Below are positions 1 through 11,427 of a stretch of DNA of 64,000 nt, one piece after another; position 1 is the stretch's first letter; every line of letters starts with the position of its first letter. The DNA is from Paramoeba atlantica (taxonomy: Eukaryota; Protista; Discosea). The DNA lies in assembly GCA_977017575.1 (NCBI GenBank), contig CDRNVI010000158.1:1-64000 (forward strand), in the 5' to 3' direction. The position numbers and the translations under genes are program-made. The notes below the pieces were generated by a model. It ran no database searches. It was not told the origin of the DNA and worked only from the letters and a program-made list of their open reading frames with translations.

Positions 1-1887
1 TTTTTGTTCTCTTTGTCTCCACAAACTCTTTCTTCTCCAAAATTCTTCTTCTTCTCCTTCTTCCTCATCTTCCTCTTCTTCTTCCTCCTCTTCCTCCTCT
101 TTGAAAGGAGTGAAATGTCCAGTTTGTAGAGAAGTGAACGAATGTGAAAGCGTTGAAGCACTTTTGATGAATTATTTGATTCCAGAAACAATTGATGTTC
201 TTCTTTCTTCAAATTTGATTTCTTTCTCCAATCAATCAAGTTTTTTTTTTTTCGTTTTCTTCATTTATTGTCTCTTTTCTTTTTCAACCCTTTTTCCTTC
301 TCTTGAATTGACGAAAAAGAAACCAAACTAGAAGATGGTGGATCAAAATGTGTGAATTTCGAAACGTGTGGAGAACAAACTCAAATGTTTTGTTCCCAAT
401 GTGAGATGTTTATTTGTGATTCTTGTGATCCATCTCACTCTTCTTCTATTTTCACTCGAAATCACAAACGATGTGAAAGAGATGGTGTTGAGGGAAGAGG
501 TGGAAGAAGAAGATTGGAAGAGGAGGGAGGGGTGGTGGGAGTGATGGGATTGGAGAATTTGAAGAAGAGAGAATGTTCAAAACACCCATCTGAAACAATC
601 AGTGGATATTGTTTTCAATGTTCTTCTTTTGTTTGTATTCGTTGTGCTCTCGGAACACATGATGATCACAGAAAGAAAGTGAAATCAATTGAAGAAAGTA
701 TTTTAGAGAAAAGGAATGAAATTGTAAAGGTTGGAGATAAATTGGAGAAAAGATTGATTTTGATTGAAAAGAAAAGAAAAAGGATTGAAAAAGAAATGAA
801 AGAATTAGAAGAGAAATTAGAAAAGAAAAGAATTGAAAAGAAAGAAATAGAATTGGAGAAAGAAGATTTGAGAATCAGAAAAGATTCAATTATTTGTTTA
901 TCCAACACACCAACAACAACAACAACAACAACTGATTGTGATGTTTCTCTCTTTTTTGATGATCAACTTTTTTCAACCCTTCTTCAAACTGCAACTGATA
1001 TTGTTTCGGTGTTGTTGGATTATTCTCAAAACCAAAGAAAGGAGTGATTTGTTGTGATGGTGGTGGTGATTCTTTTCGTGTTGTTTCTTCTTTTCCTTTG
1101 AAGGACGGACCTGTAGGAGTGAGTGTGAACAGTGATGGGAATATTTTTATTTGTGAATGGGAGGATGGTGGATTGAAAGTGAGAGATAAAGAAGGAAATG
1201 AGATGATTGAATCAACAATTCAGAAAACAATTGATTCACTTCATTTGAAACCTGTTGATGTTTCAATTGGATTGAATGATCAAATTGTTGTTCTTGATTG
1301 GTCTCAAGATTGTTATGGAGTTGTAATATTAAACAAGAGAATTAATCAAATCTTTTGGATCAGTTGGTTCTGAAGATGGTCAGTTTGAGATGCCAAAGGG
1401 TGTGGATGTGGATGAAGAAGGTAGAATTATTGTTTGTGATACTTACAATCATCGAATTCAAGTGTTTGATAATGATGGATCTTTTCTTCATTCTTTTGGT
1501 TCAGAAGGTTCTTCTGAAGGTCATTTTAATGAACCTCAGAGTGTTGTAGTTGATAGAGGTGGGAATATTGTTATTTCTGAGTTTGGGAATCATCGAATTC
1601 AAATGATGGATATTGAAGGGAATTTTATTCGATGTTTTGGAACAAGAGGTTCAGGTGATTCTCAATTAGATCGTCCAGAAGGTGTTGATGTGGATGGGGA
1701 AGGTAGGATTGTTGTTTGTGAAGAAGGAAATGGAAGAGTGAGTGTGTTTGAGAAAGATGGAACATTTCTTTTTTCATTTGGTAAACCTCACATGAAAGAA
1801 CCTTCTGGGGTTGTTATTGATTCATTTGGAACAATTATTGTTTCAGATTTGGAGAACAAGTCAATTGAATTTTGGAAATCATTTTGA
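1..1887 (+). pseudogene. TRIM-NHL-like gene, copy 1 (RING C-half, 2 B-boxes, coiled coil, NHL repeats); 5' end outside window; two frameshifts
   Basis: Colinear with the intact minus-strand copy. Intron 240-331 (GT..AG, phase 1). Net -4 nt indel near 1008-1035 and a 5-nt deletion near 1338 split it into ORFs 352-1047, 1044-1373 and 1390-1887. NHL repeats of the type F.EP.GVDVD.EGRIIV.DT.NHRIQVF. Confidence 0.85.
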
Positions 1888-4800
1888 AAGACAAGGAGAG
1901 GTTTGTTTTTTTAACAAAAAAAGTGTTCTTTTTCTTTTTTCTTTTTCTTTTGGATTTTGGTTACCTTTTTTTTCTTTAAAAAAAAATTAATTAATTTTTT
2001 ACCCCTCCTCTTTTAGTCTCTGGTGTGGTCTTCTTCCTTCCCAACCATCATCATCTTCTTCAATTTTTGAATTTGATTTATCCTTCAAACACTTTTCTCG
2101 ATTTTTTTTGGATCTCCTCTCTGTGTTTTGTTGCATTGTGAAATTCTCCTCTTCTATTCTTTTTTAATATTGTTTTCAAATCCTCTTCTTTCAAATTTTC
2201 TGTTTTTGTTGAGATTTCGATTTTTTTCTCCTTCTTTTTTTATTTGTTCCTTTTCTGTTCTTGTTTTGTTGCTTCCTTCTTTTTTTTTCGTTGAATGAAT
2301 TTCAAACTTCAAAAAATGACATTTTTCTTTTTTGGGGGGGAGGAGGTTGATTGAGGATTCTTTTTTTCGATTTCCTCCACAAACCAATAAGACTCTCTCT
2401 TTCTCTCTCCTCTCCTCCTCTCCCTCACTTCACTCTCCCTTTGTCTGTTTTTTATCTCGTTCTTTCTTCTTCTCTCTCCTCATTCTTTTCTTTTTTTTCT
2501 TTCTTTCTTCATTTCTCAATTTTGTTTGGTTTTGGTTGGATGGGTGAGAATTTTCTCAAATTCTTGATCCTTTGTGTGGAATGACTATTTCTCCTTTTTT
2601 TGTTTATTAAAATTTCGTTTTTCCAAAAATTGTGTTTCTCTCATTCAACAACCAAAATATATGAATTCCTCCTCTCCCCCTTCCCAACAACAACAAAAAA
2701 AGAAAAAAAAAAGGGTGTTTTTGAGTTTTGAAAGAGTGTTGTTGAGTTTGGGTTTATTTATTCAACACCAAAGAACAAAAAAGAATATCAAAAAAAAAAA
2801 TGGAAATCTCAACAAAAAGACAGAGCAACACAAAAAGAATCATTTCTTTTTAACAACAACGAAATTTGAAAACAAAAAAAGAAAAATAATTTCAATCAAA
2901 AAAAAAAAGAGAAGAGGAAGAGAGAAAGAGAGAGAACTTTCACAAAAACACAAAACACACACAACAACAATAAAACTCAAAAATGAAGAGGAGAAACAAA
3001 ATCAAAGAAAAGTTGTTTTTGAAGAAGGATCAAAATTCGAATAAAAAATTGGAAGAAGAATGATGATGATTTTGGGGGGGAAGAAGAAGACCACACCACA
3101 CCACAACAGAGACTAAAAAGGAGAAAAGGAGGGGAGGAAGGAGAAAAAGAGAAGAGAAGAGAAAAAAATATATTAATTTCTTGTTTTTAATTTTCTTCAA
3201 ACAAAAAAGGAAACAAAAAGAAAAAAGAAAAGAAAAAATGATACAAAATAATAAAATAAAACAAATCAAAATCAAAAAAGAAAAAAAAGAGAAAAAAAAG
3301 AGAAAAGAAAAAACCTCCATCTCTTTTCAAAATGATTTCCAAAATTCAATTGACTTTTTCTTCCAATCTACAACAATAATTGTTCCAAATGAATCAATAA
3401 CAATCCCAGTAGGACTCACCATGTAATGTTTACCAAATGAAAAAAGAAATGTTCCATCTTTCTCAAACACACTCACTCTTCCATTTCCATCACAAACAAC
3501 AATTCTACCTTCCCCATCCACATCAACACTTACTGGACGATCGAATTGAGAATCACCTGAACCTCTTGTTCCAAAACATCGAATAAAATTCCCTTCAATA
3601 TCCATCACTTGAATCCGATGATTTCCATAATCAGAAATAACAATATTCCCATCTCTATCAACGACAACCCTTTTTGGTTCTTTGAACTGACCTTCAGAAG
3701 AACCTTCTGAACCAAAAGAACAAAGAAAAGATCCATCATTATCAAATACTTCAATTCGATGATTGTAAGTATCAGCAACAATAATTCTACCTTCTTCATC
3801 TACATCCACACCATATGGTTCAAAAAATTGACCATCTTCAGAACCTCTTGATCCAAAAGATTTGATCAATTCTCCTTCTTTGTTTAATATTACAACCCTA
3901 TAACAATCTTGAGACCAATCAAGAACAACAATTTGATCATTCAATCCAATTGAAACATCAACAGGTTTCAAATGAAGTGAATCAATTGTTTTCTGAATTG
4001 TTGATTCAATCATCTCATTTCCTTCTTTATCTCTCACTCTCAATCCAACCACACCTTCAGAAATAAAAATATTCCCATCACTGTTCACACTCACTCCAAA
4101 AGGTTCATTCTTCAAAGAAAAAGAAGAAACTAAACGAAAAGAATCACCACCACCATCACAACAAATCACTCCTTTCTTTGGTTTGAGTAATCCAACAACA
4201 CCTCCTTCAGAAACAATATCATTTGCAGTTTGAAGAAGAGTTGAAAAAAGTTGATCATCAAAAAAGAGAGAAACACCACAATCAGTTGTTGTTGTTGTTG
4301 GTGTTGGTGTGTTGGATAAACGAATAATTGAATCTTTTCTTATTCTCAAATCTTCTTTCTCTAATTCTATTTCTTTCTTTTCAATTCTTTTCTTTTCTAA
4401 TTTCTCTTCTAATTCTTTCATTTCTTCTTCAATCTTTTTTCTTTTCTTTTCAATAAAAATCAATCTTTTCTCCAATTTATCTCCAACCTTTACAACTTCA
4501 TTCCTTTTCTCTAAAATACTTTCTTCAATTGATTTCACTTTCTCATTGTGATCATCATGAGTTTCAAGAATACAACGAGTACAAATAAAAGAAGAACATT
4601 GAAAACAATATCCACTGATTGTTTCAGATGGGTGTTTTGAACATTCTCTCTTCTTCAAATTCTCCAATCCCATCACTCCCACCACCACCCCTCCCTCCTC
4701 TTCCAATCTTCTTCTTCCACCTCCTCCCTCAACACCATCTCTTTCAGATCGTTTGTGATTTCGAGAGAAAATAGAAGAAGTGTGAGATGGATCACAAGAA

Positions 4801-5202
4801 TCACAAATAAACATGTTGCAAATAGGACAAAACATTCGAGTTTGTTTTCCACATGTTTCAAAATTCACACATTCTGATCCACCATCTCCTGATTTTGGTT
4901 TCTTTTTCATCAATTCAAGAAAGAAGGAGAAAGGTTGAAAAAGAAAAGAGAGAATAAATGAAGAAAACGAAAAAAAACTTGATTGATTGGAGAAAGAAAT
5001 CAAATTTGAAGAAAGAAGAACATCAATCGTTTCTGGAATCAAATAATTCATCGTAAGTGCCTCAATCGTTTCACATTCGTTCATTTCTCTACAAACTGGA
5101 CATTTCACACCACTCAAAGAAGGGGAAGAAGAAGAAGAAGAGGGGGAGGGGGGGGATGAAGAAGAGGAAGAGGAAAAAGAAGGAGAAGGAGAAGGAGAAG
5201 AA

Positions 5203-5233
<31 letters not shown>

Positions 5234-5277
5234 GATTTTGAAGAAGAAAGAGTTTGTGGAGACAAAGAGAACAAAAA
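1..5277. repeat. Large inverted duplication; arms ~1-2360 and ~2660-5277, spacer ~300 bp
   Basis: Coding regions are reverse complements of each other, and intergenic DNA is colinear too: 1990-2120 matches revcomp of ~2990-3180 (gaagaagaccacacc..agagactaaaa) and 2300-2360 matches ~2660-2730. Confidence 0.8.
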
Positions 5278-5666
5278 GAAAGACCACAACAAGGTAACAA
5301 CCTTGGTTCTTTTTCCCAACTCATCAATTCCAAACACATTCCACATTCAAATCTTTTCTTTTTCTCTTCTTCTTCCTTTCTCCTTCTTTTCATCATCTCT
5401 TCTTTTCTTTCTCTTTCTTCCTCTCCTTCTCCTTTATTTTGTCCCACTTGTTGTTCTCTCTTTCCAAAAACATCTTCACTTCTTCTTTCTCTTTGTTCTA
5501 TTTCATCATCATCATCTTCAATCACAACAACATCATGATCACCACAATCTGTTGTTTGATCTTCTTTCTCTTTCTTTCCTCTTTTGGTTTTTCTCTTTTT
5601 CTCACTTTCTAATTCTGTTCCTTCTTCTCCTCCTCCTCTCTTTCTCTTTCCTCTTTTTTCACTCAT
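3327..5666 (-). CDS. TRIM-NHL-like protein (RING-Bbox-Bbox-coiled coil-NHL), copy 2, intact
   Basis: ATG at 5666 (MSEKRGK). RING CGMC..LPCCGLSFCSLC..CPVC. B-boxes C..FETC..FCPICNMFICDSC..H and CSKH..YCFQCSSFICTRC..H..H. E/K coiled coil and NHL repeats. Probable 90-nt intron 4889-4978. Confidence 0.9.
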
Positions 5667-6019
5667 TTTGTCTCTCTCTGTGTGTGGGAAAAAGAGATCA
5701 ATCAACAACAAAAAGAAAGGTGAAAAGTGAAACAATTGGATGGGACAAGAAAAAGAAAATGGAAATGAAAATGAAAATGAAATCAAATCAAACCAAAAAG
5801 AGACTCCACCCAAACTCACACACAAAGCAAATTCTTCACACAGAGCAAAAGAGAGGAAGAGAGAAGAGATTCTGAGAAATATTTTTTCAAAAATTGAGCC
5901 AAAAACAAACCCCCTCAAGAAGGAAAGAGAGAAGAAGAAGAAGAAGAGAAACAAAACAAAACAAAACAAAAACGAGAGTATTTTTTCTCCAAAGAGAGAA
6001 AAAAAAGAAACAGACAAGA

Positions 6020-6262
6020 CACTCTGTAAAAACTGAAAGGTTTGTCTGTGTGGGAAAACTAGTTTATGCAAATCGCAAGAAAGCGAGAAAATGTGAAAAA
6101 GGCGCAAGCGGAACGCGTCGCGGGCTGATGTCATCAAATGGTCCCCATCAAGGTGATTCGCTGAAGAGGGCCAAGAATATTAGCCAAAGGTTGGGATTTG
6201 GCCAAGAGTTGGGTCAAAAGTTTGGAGGGCCGATAATTTCCATTATTCACATCCTCCCCCTT
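6020..6262 (-). mobile_element. Polypurine tract and probable 3' LTR of the Gypsy relic
   Basis: On the minus strand, AAGGGGGAGGA (6262-6252) is directly followed by TGTG at 6251, ~30 nt after the pol stop. The LTR 3' end is not determinable, so the lower coordinate is a guess. Confidence 0.5.
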
Positions 6263-6283
6263 GAGCCAAAGACGTGTCCCACA

Positions 6284-7293
6284 TCAATCCTCAAACTCTT
6301 CGTTGTAGTAGTAGTCCTCTCGGTGTGTCGTCTTCTTCATTCGTGGTGGCCTGGTGCGGAGTGGACCTGTCACTGGAAGACCTGGGGGAGTGCATTGCAT
6401 CTCTTCCTCAAGGGTGTCTTCCATCTCGACATCCACTGTCTCTCTCATGTCCAAATCTCTTGCAATCGAGGATTTTACCTCGGAAGGAGATTTGATTGTG
6501 GTTTGTCCCTTGATTTTCTCGGACTCAAAGAATTTCTCTAATAACTCCTTGCCTTCAGGTGAACTCTCCAGATCTTTCCGAGAGATCCACTTGTAACCGG
6601 GTCTTCCCTGGAACCGCTGTTCCCAGACTCGGAATTTGTCATCCTTGGACTGATATTCCATGATACTTCTTTTTGTGCTTCTTCTCCTACTCCCTGGATT
6701 CAGGGGAGTATCTGAGGGTGTTGTTGATCGTTCCATTTGTGAATCTTCTTCCAAATGGTGTCCCCCCCCCTCTTTGGATGGGCTCCTCGCTCTCATGCTG
6801 TATGGTCTGAGCTGAGCCCCGTTGACTCCTTTGATCACGTATGTCGTTTTTGTATTTTGGATGTTGTATGTCTGTGGTGAGCATACATCAAGAATTTTGA
6901 AGACATCTGTATGTGTTTTCCTTTGAAGTTTTTTGTTTATTCCTTTTCTGATTTGTTGATCAAGTAGGAGGACAGAGTCTCCCTTTTTAAAGACCTTGGT
7001 CTGATGTGTTGCATTATACTGGGCTGCTGTATTCTAAGCTTTTTCTCTTCTGATTTCAGTGACCAGGTTAAAAACTTCATACATTCTTGTCTCGATTAGT
7101 TGGGCATACTCATCTGTTGTTAGCAGATTTGGAATTACCGAACGGTATTTTACATCAATCGGGCAGTTTGGTCTTCGGCCAAATTGTAAGAAATATGGTG
7201 AATATTTGGTGACTGTGTTCTTTTGAGTGTTATATGCAAATTCCAGATAGGGGATGAGGAGGTCCCAGTCTCTTTCGAATTGATCAATGAATA
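6284..7293 (-). mobile_element. Ty3/Gypsy pol 3' fragment: integrase C-terminal region plus chromo-like domain, degenerate
   Basis: One frame reads ERDWDLLIPYLEFAYNT..TKYSPYFLQFGRRP..FKKGDSVLL..KKLQRK..FKI..TYNI (integrase tail), with an in-frame TAG at 7034-7036, then IMEY..FRVW..GYKWISRKDL..LLEKF. Confidence 0.85.
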
Positions 7294-9478
7294 TTTATGG
7301 GTTGTTTCAAAATTTCTTAAAGGTTTTGGCAATGTACTCCAAACAAGTTGATGTTTTTTTTACTTCTTTTGTCAACCAAGATTCGTTCAAGGTTCCATTT
7401 TCTTGTTTTTGAAAACCAAAAGTCAAAAATCTTTCTCTTTTCTCAAATTTGCTTGTTTCAAGTTAATCCTGATGTTTGAACAATTTCGAAAATTAAATGA
7501 TCAACTCAAAGAAAAGAATCTCCATCTCGTGACAATTCGAACACCAATTCAATACCCTTACCAATATTCAAAATATTCCTCATGTTTTTCTTCAAATTCT
7601 TCTTCAATCTCTTCTCTTTTGTTTTTTGTTTTTTTGAGAATAATTTCTTTTCTTTTTGTTTCTTTTGGTAGTACTTAATCGTTCAATCCCTTATTCAAAT
7701 ACTGGTCCAAATGGAATTTATGCTTTATTTAATTTAACTGGCTCTTGTAATGAGGTATTTCTTTTTCTTGTCATTTTCGAAACCAATATTTTGTTTTTGA
7801 TATTTTGGTTTCTTTGCAGCTAATAAGAGACAATGAAAGAAAAGAAAACTTGAAATATGATACAAGTCTTTTCTTTCTATTTGTTTTTCTTTCTATTTGT
7901 TTTTCATTTAATTTAAAAGATGGGTTTTTTCTTCTTTTTTTAATGCAGTTGTAAGAACGAGATCCGATGGATTGTGGTTTGAAACTGCCTGGATTTTACG
8001 TGATTTAACACACAGCTATGACAAAAAAATGAATGTTATCCTCTTTTCCAAAATTAATGAATCTTCTTTATCTTTAGGCTGAATAGTCAATGAATAGAGA
8101 AAAACTGCTTGGTTTCCTTTTAGTCAATCACATGGAGGATTCAATGATCGATTTGTTATTGGCTCGTTTGACATTCCTTTCTTCATCTTGTTCTTTTTTT
8201 CCCTTATTGAAATAAGATAGGCGAGATGCAGTCTTGAAAATCAATAATCGTTTTGAAGCTCTCCCAAAAGATGAGTTTCTCAAAAATTCTTTTCTTTTTC
8301 ATTTTTTGGCATAAATCACTAATTTTATCCGGATAGTGTTTTTCGACCTCGAAATAGCGAAGCTTCTCTGGGGAGAGAAGTCAAACAAAATCAAATTCGA
8401 TTCCAGAGAGTTGTTGTTTGTGACTCTTCATTGATCATTTCTATTTGTGAAGCTTAAAATGCTTGTCAAAGTGTCAAAAATCGAGAGTGTCAATTTTTTT
8501 AAATGTCACCAAAAATGATCTTTTTTTCTTTTCAGTGTCCTTCCGCTCCTGAGCCATGCTCTTTACCTTTTTGTGTATTAAACCTTTTATCTGGGGTTGA
8601 CTTTCTTTCAATTTTCCTTTTCTCTCCCTTTTCGTAACTCAATCTGGCAACTCTCTCACAGGTTGATGGACCAATTGCCGGATTGAGCTCGAAAAAACAC
8701 GAATTTTTTGATGTTCTATTGTTTATTTTCTTTCCATCACTTTCTTTCTTTTAAAAATCTTTTTTAGGGAGCGAAATGCAAACCTTGTGTTCGTGATTGT
8801 CGAGCACAAGGGATGGAAAAGAATTGGACAGATAACTTTTTGCAAATGACATCACAAGATACATTTAACCCCTATTTAATCTATGAAAGAATTATCCGTG
8901 ATATGAGGATCCAAAAGAATGTTTCTCTTTGTATCGAGATGCTGAGAGAAAATTTCAAGTTTTTCTTTCAACTTTTTTAAGCTTTAAATTTCTCTCTTCT
9001 TTAAACTTTATTTCTTCTTTAGGGAGGCAAAATGGGAATCTGATGCTACTTTCTCAGACGTTTGTCTTCTCACAGGTGCGTTTGATACTCCAAAATTAAA
9101 CATCAATGGAAAATGTGATCCAACAACTCCTTTCCTTCTCTCACACCCAATATCTCGGTTTTCTTTTTTCGTTTGATCGATTTGAGAGAAAATTGAAATT
9201 CAAGAGGAAAAAATGACTGATTTTTTTCCACAGTGGCATCATGACATGGAGCAAAGTGGATCGTTGTAAGAGGTCTCTTTTTTTCAAAAAAAATCAAATT
9301 TTTCAAAATTGAAAACAAAAGTTTCAGATATCCTGTGGTTTGTGCCAAATTCACACACACGAGAAATTATCGATTCAGATTTTTCGAAAATTACCACGAG
9401 TTGTTTTGTGAAAATGAAACCAAAGCCCCCATTTTTCCTTTTCCCAAACAGAAGAAGAGTAAAAGAAAAGAAAAATAG
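7294..9478 (+). pseudogene. Multi-exon glycosyltransferase-like gene, paralog A, 5'-truncated at the Gypsy junction
   Basis: Exons YGLFQNFLKVLAMYSKQVD, IRTPIQYP, TGPNGIYALFNLTGSCNE, VVRTRSDGLWFET, WFPFSQSHGGFNDRFVIG, NSEASLG, KCKPCV and KWESDATFSDVCLL match paralog B exon for exon. The first two exons are missing. Confidence 0.65.
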
Positions 9479-9755
9479 AAAAGATAAAAAGGAATGGGAA
9501 AGGAATACAACATGCTCTGGATGACCGAATTAAGATTTTCTCACCTCCCACAAAACACCTCACTCGGTTAGTTTTATTCTTTTACACCTGAGTTTCAGGT
9601 TGTTGGAAGTTTCCATGTGGGTTTGTGTTAAATATTGTTTGTAATAACTGGGAGGAAAAGAGATTGTGCTGTGGTCAATTGCTTTCTCTCATTTGTGAGA
9701 GAGAAAGTGCCCCTTGAACATTTTCTTTTGAATTTTGGAGGAGCGAATCTTTGAA

Positions 9756-11102
9756 CTAAAAAAAATCATACATATCAATCCGACTACAATTACTAAGTCG
9801 ATATCTGTAGGTAAGAAGCTTCGACATTTGCTGAAGATAGGCACTAAAAACATCAAAAAAATCGCCTTTCCAGGAAAATTGGACAAGTTTTCGATACTCT
9901 AATGCAAGTTCTCTTCTTTTTGTCAACTCTGCTCGATCCATCTCAAATAAATACTTCCCAATTGTCTTGTTTGAAAGGCGCTGGTATGGAATTTCAACAA
10001 CAATATCCTCCCAAGGAATAGTACCACGAAATGGGAGAAGGTCTGCTCCCAAAGTGTCCTGTTTGGTTCGGTTGTCCGCTTTAAAATAAATATTCTCTTT
10101 TTCAACCAAAACCACAGGAAGGCAACCCATTGTAAAAGCGTCAAAGAACTGTTTGGATTGAGGGAGTTTTCCTTTGAGAATGGGACACAAGAAACTCGAT
10201 GCATACATTCCCATGGTTCGATGGGTTGAGAGGGACCCCTTACTTCTCGACATTGAACCGAAGAAAATATCACGGTCGTTGAGAAAGTGTTTTCTTTTAA
10301 ACAAGTATAAATCCTCATACAATGCGCGCCTCTCCTGGCTGAGATAAGGAGATCCCATCCAAAACAAGAAAGTGGAAGGACGAGAGAGGGGAATGATCTC
10401 TTGTTCCCAGGTCATCCCAACATCCGCATAAGGAACAACAAGATCACTTTGACAACCGTGATTACGAGGACCTGTATGTGCCAGGATTGGCCCAGAAGCG
10501 AGAATCCAGTGTGAAGAATCTAAGAAATCTCTTGTATCCAGCAAAAGATGCTTTTTGGGATAAAACCAAAAGTGTTCTAATTGATAAAACAGATCTGCCA
10601 CGAAAAGATGGTGTTTGGGACAGGGACGATCGAACCAAGGACATCCATTGAGATATTTCGCCATTGCAAGAAAAGCTGGAACAATAAAGAGATCCGCTTC
10701 CTCAGGGTTAGAGGTTTGAGGGAGTAAAAGCAAACGAGAGAGGAGCAAAACTTCCAAACCAAATTTCACCTGCACTTCTGATCCGTTTACATAACGATTG
10801 GGAGAAGAATAACGATAACAAGGTTTTCGAAAGAATGTACATTTCGGGCTTCGATCCACACCATTTAACTTTTCAACACGATTGATCAAGTCGACATTGA
10901 ATTTCTCAGGAAGATCATAGACAAAGAATGTCATGTTTTCAAAGTATGTTGGGATGATGAATGAAGAAGGAGGAGGAGACCGATAGATTTTGTGGTACAA
11001 AGGATGAACCTCTTTTGGAGGTGAGTAAGAAAACGAGGGATCTATTTGAGCCTTCAGCGCGCCCATCACGAAAAAGAGAAGGAAGAAAGGGATGAAGAAC
11101 AT
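9756..11102 (-). CDS. Exostosin-like glycosyltransferase (GT47), intronless, N-terminal signal/anchor
   Basis: ATG 11102 (MFFIPFFLLFFVM). Motifs FFVYDLPEKFN, QTSNPEEADLFIVP, FLCPILKG..QFFDAFTMGCLPVV, LPFRGTIPWEDIVVEI. Confidence 0.88.
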   Translation of the reverse strand: MFFIPFFLLFFVMGALKAQIDPSFSYSPPKEVHPLYHKIYRSPPPSSFIIPTYFENMTFFVYDLPEKFNVDLINRVEKLNGVDRSPKCTFFRKPCYRYSSPNRYVNGSEVQVKFGLEVLLLSRLLLLPQTSNPEEADLFIVPAFLAMAKYLNGCPWFDRPCPKHHLFVADLFYQLEHFWFYPKKHLLLDTRDFLDSSHWILASGPILAHTGPRNHGCQSDLVVPYADVGMTWEQEIIPLSRPSTFLFWMGSPYLSQERRALYEDLYLFKRKHFLNDRDIFFGSMSRSKGSLSTHRTMGMYASSFLCPILKGKLPQSKQFFDAFTMGCLPVVLVEKENIYFKADNRTKQDTLGADLLPFRGTIPWEDIVVEIPYQRLSNKTIGKYLFEMDRAELTKRRELALEYRKLVQFSWKGDFFDVFSAYLQQMSKLLTYRYRLSNCSRIDMYDFF

Positions 11103-11427
11103 CCCTTGCTCTTTTGACGAACCCAAACCCAAACCCAAACCGAACGAACAAAACGACGAAAAGGAAAAGAGAAAGGTTTTTCTCAGTATAAAAAAGGTTC
11201 GAAATCGAAAAAAAGGTATTCGAAAATTTCTCAAAAGAACTTAGGGAGAAATCAAATTCGACCAGGTCAGAGCACAAAAAAATCGGTCCTCGCAGAATTT
11301 AACCTTAGCCTCCTTCAAAAAAAAAGAGCTCTATTTTTTTGATTGTCGTTTTGATTTTGTTTTTTCTTTTGTTTGTTCTCTCGTTCAAAACCAAAAGAAA
11401 AAAGAGGGAAAAAGAAAATGGGGAGAG

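Noticed and set aside
4889-4978. Stop-free 90-nt intron as a regulated retained intron
   Set aside because: T-rich introns often lack stops by composition, and the paralogous intron is 92 nt and breaks the frame.
5667-6137. 156-aa hydrophobic N-terminal extension in the 936-aa ORF
   Set aside because: Pyrimidine-rich leader plus LTR sequence translated by chance; the real start is probably 5666.
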